From: Mycolicibacterium smegmatis
GTDB taxonomy: Bacteria; Actinomycetota; Actinomycetes; Mycobacteriales; Mycobacteriaceae
Length of the DNA stretch: 32,000 bases
Reading direction: 5' to 3'
Assembly: GCF_001457595.1 (NCBI RefSeq)
Contig: NZ_LN831039.1
Location: forward strand, 5,820,001-5,852,000
The position numbers and the translations under genes were made by a program. The notes below the pieces were generated by a model that saw nothing but the letters and a program-made list of their open reading frames with translations, was not told where the DNA came from and made no database searches. This document shows, one piece after another, positions 24,327-30,895 of the stretch; the first letter of the stretch is position 1, and the number at the start of each line of letters is the position of its first letter.

Positions 24327-25814
24327 GAGCAATGATCAATACCTGTGGATGAGCCTCGGTGTGGGGGCGTGAAGATGGGCGCACCTTCCCGGGGATGATC
24401 TTCACGGAATCAGGTATTCGATCAAGACCGGCGTTGGCGCGCTGGTTGGGAAGGTACGCCCATGCTCACCGTAGTTCACGACACCGAGGACGCCAACGAC
24501 AAGGCCAGCGGTGCTGGTCGGTCGTTGTTGGATGAGATCGTCCGCGACGGGGCCCGGCAGATGCTGGCCGCGGCGTTGCAGGCCGAGGTCGCCGCCTACG
24601 TGGCGCAGTTCGCCGATCAACTCGACGAGAACGGTCACCGGTTGGTGGTGCGAAACGGCTATCACCAGCCCCGGGAGGTGCTGACCGCCGCCGGCGCGGT
24701 GCAGGTGAAAGCGCCGCGGGTCAACGACCGCCGTGTCGACCCCGACACCGGTGAACGCAAGCGGTTCTCCTCGGCGATCCTGCCGGCCTGGGCGCGCAAG
24801 TCGCCGCAGATGAGCGAGGTACTGCCGCTGCTGTACCTGCACGGCCTGTCGAGCAACGATTTCACCCCTGCCCTCGAGCAGTTCCTCGGCTCCGGCGCTG
24901 GGCTGTCGGCCAGCACGATCACCCGGCTCACGGCGCAGTGGCAAGACGAGGCCCGCGCGTTTGGGGCCCGCGACCTCTCGGCCACTGATTACGTGTATCT
25001 GTGGGTCGACGGCATTCACCTCAAGGTGCGGCTGGACCAGGAAAAGCTCTGTCTGCTGGTGATGCTGGGCGTGCGTGCTGATGGCCGCAAGGAGCTCGTG
25101 GCGATCACCGACGGCTACCGCGAGTCGGCCGAGTCGTGGGCCGATCTGTTGCGCGACTGCAAGCGCCGCGGCATGACCGCCCCCGTACTCGCGATCGGCG
25201 ATGGCGCGCTCGGGTTCTGGAAAGCAGTCCGCGAGGTTTTCCCGGCCACCAAAGAGCAGCGGTGCTGGTTTCATAAGCAGGCCAATGTTCTTGCTGCACT
25301 GCCGAAATCAGCGCACCCGTCGGCGCTGGCGGCGATCAAGGAGATCTACAACGCCGAGGATATCGACAAGGCCCAGATCGCGGTCAAGGCCTTCGAGGCC
25401 GACTTCGGCGCGAAGTATCCCAAGGCGGTCGCTAAGATCACCGACGACCTCGATGTGCTGCTGGAATTCTACAAGTATCCGGCCGAACATTGGATTCATC
25501 TGCGAACGACGAATCCGATCGAATCCACCTTTGCCACAGTGCGTTTGAGGACCAAGGTCACCAAGGGGCCCGGATCACGAGCGGCCGGACTAGCGATGGC
25601 CTACAAGCTCATCGACGCCGCCGCGGCCCGCTGGCGTGCCGTCAACGCCCCACACCTGGTCGCCCTGGTCCGCGCCGGCGCGGTCTTCCATAAAGGCAGA
25701 CTGCTCGAACGACCCACCGACATCACCCCGCCAACATCGCCCTCAGACGGCGGTCAGCACGCCGGAACGGAGGTCGCCTGAAACACCCCGATCCACAGGT
25801 ATTGACAATTCCTC
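24327..25814 (+). mobile_element. IS256-family insertion sequence (IS6120-like), copy 1, 1488 bp
   Basis: 24-bp imperfect terminal inverted repeats: GAGCAATGATCAATACCTGTGGAT (24327-24350) against the complement of 25791-25814, GAGGAATTGTCAATACCTGTGGAT (21/24). Single transposase ORF and a 9-bp TSD. Size, IR length and TSD length agree with my recollection of IS6120 of M. smegmatis. Confidence 0.92.
24462..25781 (+). CDS. IS256/mutator-family transposase
   Basis: 439-aa ORF. YLWVDGIHLKVR and QRCWFHKQANVL are typical IS256-family motifs. Amino-acid sequence is identical to the copy at 27327..28646. Confidence 0.92.
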   Translation: MLTVVHDTEDANDKASGAGRSLLDEIVRDGARQMLAAALQAEVAAYVAQFADQLDENGHRLVVRNGYHQPREVLTAAGAVQVKAPRVNDRRVDPDTGERKRFSSAILPAWARKSPQMSEVLPLLYLHGLSSNDFTPALEQFLGSGAGLSASTITRLTAQWQDEARAFGARDLSATDYVYLWVDGIHLKVRLDQEKLCLLVMLGVRADGRKELVAITDGYRESAESWADLLRDCKRRGMTAPVLAIGDGALGFWKAVREVFPATKEQRCWFHKQANVLAALPKSAHPSALAAIKEIYNAEDIDKAQIAVKAFEADFGAKYPKAVAKITDDLDVLLEFYKYPAEHWIHLRTTNPIESTFATVRLRTKVTKGPGSRAAGLAMAYKLIDAAAARWRAVNAPHLVALVRAGAVFHKGRLLERPTDITPPTSPSDGGQHAGTEVA

Positions 25815-25823
25815 CTCAGTGAG
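25815..25823. repeat. Target-site duplication CTCAGTGAG, right of IS copy 1
   Basis: Matches 24318-24326. Confidence 0.9.
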
Positions 25824-26131
25824 GCCGGGGCGTAGCCGAGTTCGATGCCGGACACGTTGCGGGCGGCATCAACGGCCCGCTGGGCGAGTTCGGCGGCATG
25901 CTCCGGATCTGGTGGTGCCGGAAGCCGCAGTCCCCGTCCCGCCCATGCCGGCCCGGTCACGACGGGGCCTGGAACGGCGACTTGAGCTGCTTCGAGGTCA
26001 ATCGCCCGCATGACCGCCAGCCGCGCTTGGTGATCAGGCGTGAGCACTGTCCGGACGCCGTCGAACGACACAGCTTGATCTGAATCGTCCTGAATGTGAC
26101 CTACCCCGGTGGGGTGGGGCGATTCGGTCAC
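25815..26131 (-). pseudogene. 5' fragment of the 207-codon gene split by IS copy 1
   Basis: GTG 26131 overlaps the stop of the upstream Tdi1-like gene (GTGA). It reads VTESPHPTGVGHIQDD...NVSGIELGYAPASL up to the junction. The last 20 residues of track ORF 25754..26359 are IS-encoded. ATG 26011 is an alternative start. Confidence 0.65.
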
Positions 26132-26769
26132 GGTCTGTCTCCCTTTGACTGTCTCTTGGCCGCAACGAGGTGAGGCGGTGGCGAGCCTGGCCCGTTCTTC
26201 TGCCCGTGTTCCCAGAGCTGTTGTGCGAACGACAGGTACACCTCGACGGAGTCGAGGGTGAGGTTTCCGACCTCCCGCTTGCCGCCGTAGAAGCCCGGCA
26301 CAGTTGCTCCCGCGCACGAGTCGAACGCCAGCTGGTCGATGCCCGCAGCTTCCATCCATTCGCGGAACAGGTCGGGCAGCAAGAAGTCATGCGCGATCGG
26401 AACGCTCAGCGCGCCCTCGAACGACTCCACGTCCACCCACGGCGTGACCGAGCCGTCGAAAGGATCGAGAACCACCACGGTGCGCAACGTTTGGCTGCTG
26501 TCAGACGCCCCCTCGACCGTGAGCCGAGTCGTCACGGCGAACTGCCGTGCCAGCCAGTCGAACGCGAACACCTCGGCGGCGAGTCCTCGCGCACCGCACA
26601 TCGCATCGACAGCTACTTGCGCTGCGGGCGCGGAGTCGGCGTCGTGGAACCGGAGCAGGCCGCGGTTCATGGAGCACCCACACAGGCCGCGGTCGGCGAA
26701 GGTGCCGCCGACCAGGCCGGGTCGCCACTGGGCATCTGGCCGTGTGGGCGGATGGAATGAGAAGTCCAT
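26128..26769 (-). CDS. GAD-like + DUF1851 (T6SS immunity protein Tdi1-type) protein
   Basis: 213 aa. The C-terminal half VVVLDPFDGSVTPWVDVESFEGAL...LFREWMEAAGIDQLAFDSCAGATVPGFYGGKREVGNLTLDSVEVYLSFAQQLW follows the DUF1851 pattern. N-terminal WRPGLVGGTFADRGL resembles the GAD-like domain, which looks N-terminally short. Confidence 0.6.
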   Translation of the reverse strand: MDFSFHPPTRPDAQWRPGLVGGTFADRGLCGCSMNRGLLRFHDADSAPAAQVAVDAMCGARGLAAEVFAFDWLARQFAVTTRLTVEGASDSSQTLRTVVVLDPFDGSVTPWVDVESFEGALSVPIAHDFLLPDLFREWMEAAGIDQLAFDSCAGATVPGFYGGKREVGNLTLDSVEVYLSFAQQLWEHGQKNGPGSPPPHLVAAKRQSKGDRP

Positions 26770-26944
26770 CGCGGTAATCAGTCCAACTGGTGAGAGAACG
26801 TCGACATGTCCTTGCGCGTGGAGAACCGGGTCGCCACTCGCCGTCTTCGTCGTCTTCGAGCGGCGGGCGTGGCTCGCGCATCACCGACACCGCCCAGATC
26901 ACGCCGTGGACCACCGCTACGACGATCGACTCCGCCGAGCATTG

Positions 26945-27175
26945 TCACGCTGACCGGACCACGATGAACTGATCAGGTTCGAGCATCACGTTGTCGTACC
27001 GGAATTTAGTGGACGAGGACGCATCCGGCAGGCTGACGTCGACTGCGTAACCCTCCACGGGGTGCTGAAATACCTCTACGACCACCCCGCGTGTCCCTTT
27101 CGGAATCTGCCAAGACTGCGTTTCGCCGGGCACGTCCACCAGAAGTTCGACGCTGTCGTTGACTCTGGCCTTCAT
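26945..27175 (-). CDS. DUF4926 domain protein
   Basis: 76 aa from ATG 27175: MKARVNDSVELLVDVPGETQSWQIPKGTRGVVVEVFQHPVEGYAVDVSL...VMLEPDQF. This is an SH3-like small-protein pattern of DUF4926. The ATG shares one base with the stop of the restored upstream gene. GC3 is lower than in core genes. Confidence 0.55.
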   Translation of the reverse strand: MKARVNDSVELLVDVPGETQSWQIPKGTRGVVVEVFQHPVEGYAVDVSLPDASSSTKFRYDNVMLEPDQFIVVRSA

Positions 27176-27293
27176 CACTTCCACACCTTCAGGAAGTTTG
27201 TGATCATGCGTGGCACTCCGTTCTCGACTTGCCATACGGTGACGAGTGTTCCATCACCCGATGGCCCGCTGATGGGGACATTCACTTGAAACC
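27175..27293 (-). pseudogene. 3' fragment of a 191-codon DUF6883-like gene split by IS copy 2
   Basis: Reads (Q)VNVPISGPSGDGTLVTVWQVENGVPRMITNFLKVWK then TGA at 27177-27175. It is too short to appear in the ORF track. Confidence 0.65.
27285..27293. repeat. Target-site duplication CTTGAAACC, left of IS copy 2
   Basis: Identical 9-mer at 28782-28790. Confidence 0.9.
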
Positions 27294-28781
27294 GAGGAAT
27301 TGTCAATACCTGTGGATCGGGGTGTTTCAGGCGACCTCCGTTCCGGCGTGCTGACCGCCGTCTGAGGGCGATGTTGGCGGGGTGATGTCGGTGGGTCGTT
27401 CGAGCAGTCTGCCTTTATGGAAGACCGCGCCGGCGCGGACCAGGGCGACCAGGTGTGGGGCGTTGACGGCACGCCAGCGGGCCGCGGCGGCGTCGATGAG
27501 CTTGTAGGCCATCGCTAGTCCGGCCGCTCGTGATCCGGGCCCCTTGGTGACCTTGGTCCTCAAACGCACTGTGGCAAAGGTGGATTCGATCGGATTCGTC
27601 GTTCGCAGATGAATCCAATGTTCGGCCGGATACTTGTAGAATTCCAGCAGCACATCGAGGTCGTCGGTGATCTTAGCGACCGCCTTGGGATACTTCGCGC
27701 CGAAGTCGGCCTCGAAGGCCTTGACCGCGATCTGGGCCTTGTCGATATCCTCGGCGTTGTAGATCTCCTTGATCGCCGCCAGCGCCGACGGGTGCGCTGA
27801 TTTCGGCAGTGCAGCAAGAACATTGGCCTGCTTATGAAACCAGCACCGCTGCTCTTTGGTGGCCGGGAAAACCTCGCGGACTGCTTTCCAGAACCCGAGC
27901 GCGCCATCGCCGATCGCGAGTACGGGGGCGGTCATGCCGCGGCGCTTGCAGTCGCGCAACAGATCGGCCCACGACTCGGCCGACTCGCGGTAGCCGTCGG
28001 TGATCGCCACGAGCTCCTTGCGGCCATCAGCACGCACGCCCAGCATCACCAGCAGACAGAGCTTTTCCTGGTCCAGCCGCACCTTGAGGTGAATGCCGTC
28101 GACCCACAGATACACGTAATCAGTGGCCGAGAGGTCGCGGGCCCCAAACGCGCGGGCCTCGTCTTGCCACTGCGCCGTGAGCCGGGTGATCGTGCTGGCC
28201 GACAGCCCAGCGCCGGAGCCGAGGAACTGCTCGAGGGCAGGGGTGAAATCGTTGCTCGACAGGCCGTGCAGGTACAGCAGCGGCAGTACCTCGCTCATCT
28301 GCGGCGACTTGCGCGCCCAGGCCGGCAGGATCGCCGAGGAGAACCGCTTGCGTTCACCGGTGTCGGGGTCGACACGGCGGTCGTTGACCCGCGGCGCTTT
28401 CACCTGCACCGCGCCGGCGGCGGTCAGCACCTCCCGGGGCTGGTGATAGCCGTTTCGCACCACCAACCGGTGACCGTTCTCGTCGAGTTGATCGGCGAAC
28501 TGCGCCACGTAGGCGGCGACCTCGGCCTGCAACGCCGCGGCCAGCATCTGCCGGGCCCCGTCGCGGACGATCTCATCCAACAACGACCGACCAGCACCGC
28601 TGGCCTTGTCGTTGGCGTCCTCGGTGTCGTGAACTACGGTGAGCATGGGCGTACCTTCCCAACCAGCGCGCCAACGCCGGTCTTGATCGAATACCTGATT
28701 CCGTGAAGATCATCCCCGGGAAGGTGCGCCCATCTTCACGCCCCCACACCGAGGCTCATCCACAGGTATTGATCATTGCTC
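27294..28781 (-). mobile_element. IS256-family insertion sequence (IS6120-like), copy 2, 1488 bp, inverted relative to copy 1
   Basis: Position p of copy 1 maps to 53108-p. The ends I compared base by base (135 bp of leader plus both terminal IRs) and every overlapping ORF translation on both strands are identical to copy 1. It has its own 9-bp TSD. Confidence 0.92.
27327..28646 (-). CDS. IS256/mutator-family transposase
   Basis: 439 aa, identical to the product of 24462..25781. Confidence 0.92.
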   Translation of the reverse strand: MLTVVHDTEDANDKASGAGRSLLDEIVRDGARQMLAAALQAEVAAYVAQFADQLDENGHRLVVRNGYHQPREVLTAAGAVQVKAPRVNDRRVDPDTGERKRFSSAILPAWARKSPQMSEVLPLLYLHGLSSNDFTPALEQFLGSGAGLSASTITRLTAQWQDEARAFGARDLSATDYVYLWVDGIHLKVRLDQEKLCLLVMLGVRADGRKELVAITDGYRESAESWADLLRDCKRRGMTAPVLAIGDGALGFWKAVREVFPATKEQRCWFHKQANVLAALPKSAHPSALAAIKEIYNAEDIDKAQIAVKAFEADFGAKYPKAVAKITDDLDVLLEFYKYPAEHWIHLRTTNPIESTFATVRLRTKVTKGPGSRAAGLAMAYKLIDAAAARWRAVNAPHLVALVRAGAVFHKGRLLERPTDITPPTSPSDGGQHAGTEVA

Positions 28782-28790
28782 CTTGAAACC
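28782..28790. repeat. Target-site duplication CTTGAAACC, right of IS copy 2
   Basis: Matches 27285-27293. Confidence 0.9.
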
Positions 28791-29247
28791 GGTCACCCCA
28801 CTTCGTTGCGGGAAGCGCCTCGGCGGGTGTGCTGCCCAGCTGTGACTGTATCTGCGCCACGACGTCGCTAGCTGCTGACTGCCTTCCCACCTCACTGTCG
28901 ACGTCGTAACCGATCTGCTGCCAGGCTTGCCACTTTCCGCCGTTGTTGACGTTTGAGGGGTCCATCGAGTAGGCCTCAAACTTCCTTGGATCGATAACGG
29001 CTTCACCCGCGTTGACTAGCGCATCTCCTGCGTGAGGGGCGTAGTCCCCCACCGCGGGTGAATCGCCAACAGCGTCCCCGCCAGCGTGGTGCTCTGCGTG
29101 CGAATCGGGATGTCCAGCGTGCCCCGCGGAGGGTGCGTCGACATGAGGAGTCGGGGCGTCGTCGACGTGTCGACCCGCAGCGCCGAGGGCGTCGAGTCCG
29201 TGCTCGATCCCCTCGCCGAGGATCTTGGCCCCGGGCCACGGGACCAT
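28782..29247 (-). pseudogene. 5' fragment of the DUF6883-like gene split by IS copy 2
   Basis: ATG 29247. A His/Asp/Gly/Ala-rich N-terminal tract (HAGHPDSHAEHHAGGD) is followed by IDPRKFEAYSMDPSNVNNGGKWQAWQQIGYDV...ATKWGDRFQ. The last 9 residues of track ORF 28756..29247 are IS-encoded. Confidence 0.65.
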
Positions 29248-29255
29248 TCCCGCGG

Positions 29256-29267
29256 CCGAACGTTCGG
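29256..29267. promoter_or_regulatory. Perfect 12-bp palindrome CCGAACGTTCGG, 9 bp upstream of the DUF6883-like gene start
   Basis: Read directly from the sequence. Its position is typical of autoregulatory operators of two-gene toxin/antitoxin-like modules. Confidence 0.35.
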
Positions 29268-29395
29268 TTCGCTTCCAGAAAACTCACAGGCTTGCAAGAA
29301 ACAGTGAGGTCACAGCTGCCGGATGCGTCACGCCCCCGTTTCGAATCGGTGGTGGCGGTGCGGCTACACCGGATCCGTAGTACCCCGCGCCACAA

Positions 29396-29599
29396 CTACT
29401 TCCGTCGCCGTCGCCACGGTCGGTCGGGTACCTGTCGCAGCTTGACCTGACTCGCCGGCACCCGCGTGGTGTGCCCGCAGCTGCTGCAGCAGTACGTACG
29501 CGAGCGAGTGCCGGGCTCCCAACCGACAAGAGTCTGCCCCGGCTCGTGCTCCACGCCGCACGCCTCGCACCGCTCCGGCGCCACCTCGGCCCACGCCAC
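29396..29599 (-). CDS. Possible small Cys4 zinc-ribbon protein (67 aa from GTG 29599)
   Basis: This is the C-terminal part of track ORF 29396..29911: VAWAEVAPERCEACGVEHEPGQTLVGWEPGTRSRTYCCSSCGHTTRV...RRRRK. GC3 is high in this frame. The start is uncertain and no family is recognised. Confidence 0.35.
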   Translation of the reverse strand: MAWAEVAPERCEACGVEHEPGQTLVGWEPGTRSRTYCCSSCGHTTRVPASQVKLRQVPDRPWRRRRK

Positions 29600-29622
29600 G
29601 GCGCAGACGGTAGCCGCGACCG

Positions 29623-29651
29623 GGGACAGGAAACTCGATTTCGCCTGTCCC
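29623..29651. promoter_or_regulatory. Inverted repeat GGGACAGG-N13-CCTGTCCC in the divergent region between the zinc-ribbon ORF and the phosphoesterase gene
   Basis: 8-bp perfect arms, read directly from the sequence. Confidence 0.3.
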
Positions 29652-29675
29652 TGTGCACGCGTACTCTCGCCGCCC

Positions 29676-30245
29676 GTGGAGTACTTCACCGCCGACTTGC
29701 ACCTGGCGCACCCGAAGCTCGCGCGGCTGCGCGGGTTCGACACCGTCGCGTCACACGACGCCGCGGTCATGGCGCAGCTGTACCGTCTGTCCCCTGAGAC
29801 CGACGAGCTGTGGGTGCTGGGCGACATCTGCTCGGGCGGCGTAGCCAGCATGGAATCAGCTCTGGCGCAGCTGAGCACGCTGCACGTGCCGATGCACCTG
29901 GTGACCGGCAACCACGATCCCGTGAGCCCGATGTACCGGAACGCACAGAAGCACTTCGCCGACTACGCGGTGGTGTTCGCGAGCGTGCAGCAGGTAGCGC
30001 GGACGAAGGTGGGCGGCGAGGGCGTGATGCTCTCGCACTTCCCGTACGCGGGCACACCGGACCGGTTCTCCCGCAAGAGCTTCGACCAGTACCAGCTTCC
30101 CGACCTCGGCATGTGGCTGATCCACGGCCACACGCACTCGGGCGAGCGGCGGTCGGGGAAGCGGTCGATCTGCGTCTCGCTGGAAGCGTGGGATCTCCGG
30201 CCGGCATCGGCCGAGGAGATCACCGCGGAGATGCAGCTGCGCTAG
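29676..30245 (+). CDS. Small calcineurin-like metallophosphoesterase
   Basis: GTG 29676 gives 189 aa with all core motifs in order: DLH (FTADLHLAH), GD (VLGDI), GNHD (VTGNHD), H (LSHFP) and GHTH (IHGHTHS). The upstream part of track ORF 29466..30245 has no motif support. Confidence 0.75.
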   Translation: MEYFTADLHLAHPKLARLRGFDTVASHDAAVMAQLYRLSPETDELWVLGDICSGGVASMESALAQLSTLHVPMHLVTGNHDPVSPMYRNAQKHFADYAVVFASVQQVARTKVGGEGVMLSHFPYAGTPDRFSRKSFDQYQLPDLGMWLIHGHTHSGERRSGKRSICVSLEAWDLRPASAEEITAEMQLR

Positions 30246-30745
30246 GACTCACTGTTGTCTGTCGGCACCAGCTGGGCGAGGTACTCGTCGAACGACGCGG
30301 CGACGAACGACTCGACGTCGGGCTCGCGCTCCTCGGTGTCGATCACGACGACGGCCGGGTTGGTTCGGAGCCCCGTCGGGTCCGTCGTTGACCGCCGATA
30401 GTCGAGACACAGATCCCAGTGCCCGTCTCCGTCGAAGGGGACGAGCCACTCCGCGTCGGACGGCCTGGGTTCGAAGTCCTCGTCGTCGTGCCACCACGCG
30501 TCCTTCTCGAGGCGCGGGAACCTCGTTCCGATGCCGCGGATGATGTCGTGGGTCGTGTTGTAGTCCCGGTCCTCGGGGAAGCCGACCTGGAGATAGCCAC
30601 CGTTCTGGCGACGGAGCAGGGCGACGAGGGATTCGGGCAGGCGCACACCCAGTCGTTGTTCGGTCGCGTCGAGCAGCTCATCGGTCAACGGCGGCTGCAC
30701 ATAGTTCTCGTAGGGCGGCACTTTCCAAACGTGTGCTGGGTCCAC
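30242..30745 (-). CDS. SMI1/KNR4 (SUKH superfamily) immunity-type protein
   Basis: 167 aa. LTDELLDATEQRLGVRLPESLVALLRRQNGGYL...WLVPFDGDGHWDLCLDY is the SMI1/KNR4 pattern. Its stop overlaps the phosphoesterase stop (CTAG). Confidence 0.7.
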   Translation of the reverse strand: MDPAHVWKVPPYENYVQPPLTDELLDATEQRLGVRLPESLVALLRRQNGGYLQVGFPEDRDYNTTHDIIRGIGTRFPRLEKDAWWHDDEDFEPRPSDAEWLVPFDGDGHWDLCLDYRRSTTDPTGLRTNPAVVVIDTEEREPDVESFVAASFDEYLAQLVPTDNSES

Positions 30746-30895
30746 TGCGTCAGGCTAAGGGTAGGTGGGGGCCTCCGCCGAGCTGGCAAACACATGCGTA
30801 GGCGGTAGCGGCGACCGCATCTACTGCACGTGAATGCTCGGCGTGTCGCGCAGAGCACACGTCGGACGCTGGAATCGCCTGGGATGCTTCAGCGC

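Noticed and set aside
24402-25274. 290-aa ORF antisense to the transposase (mirror copy at 27834..28706)
   Set aside because: It lies inside the IS opposite the transposase gene with antisense-type composition. It is duplicated only because the IS is duplicated.
26501-26914. 137-aa minus-strand ORF upstream of and overlapping the Tdi1-like gene, as a possible missing N-terminal part of it
   Set aside because: It is out of frame with the Tdi1-like ORF and becomes strongly Arg-rich. The in-frame region upstream of ATG 26769 has no start codon. The gene is kept as annotated, with its GAD-like domain noted as short.
24327-28781. The two IS copies plus the intervening DNA as a composite transposon that moved as a unit
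   Set aside because: The outer flanks are CTCAGTGAG on the left and CTTGAAACC on the right, so they do not match. Each IS has its own matching 9-bp duplication, so the insertions were independent.
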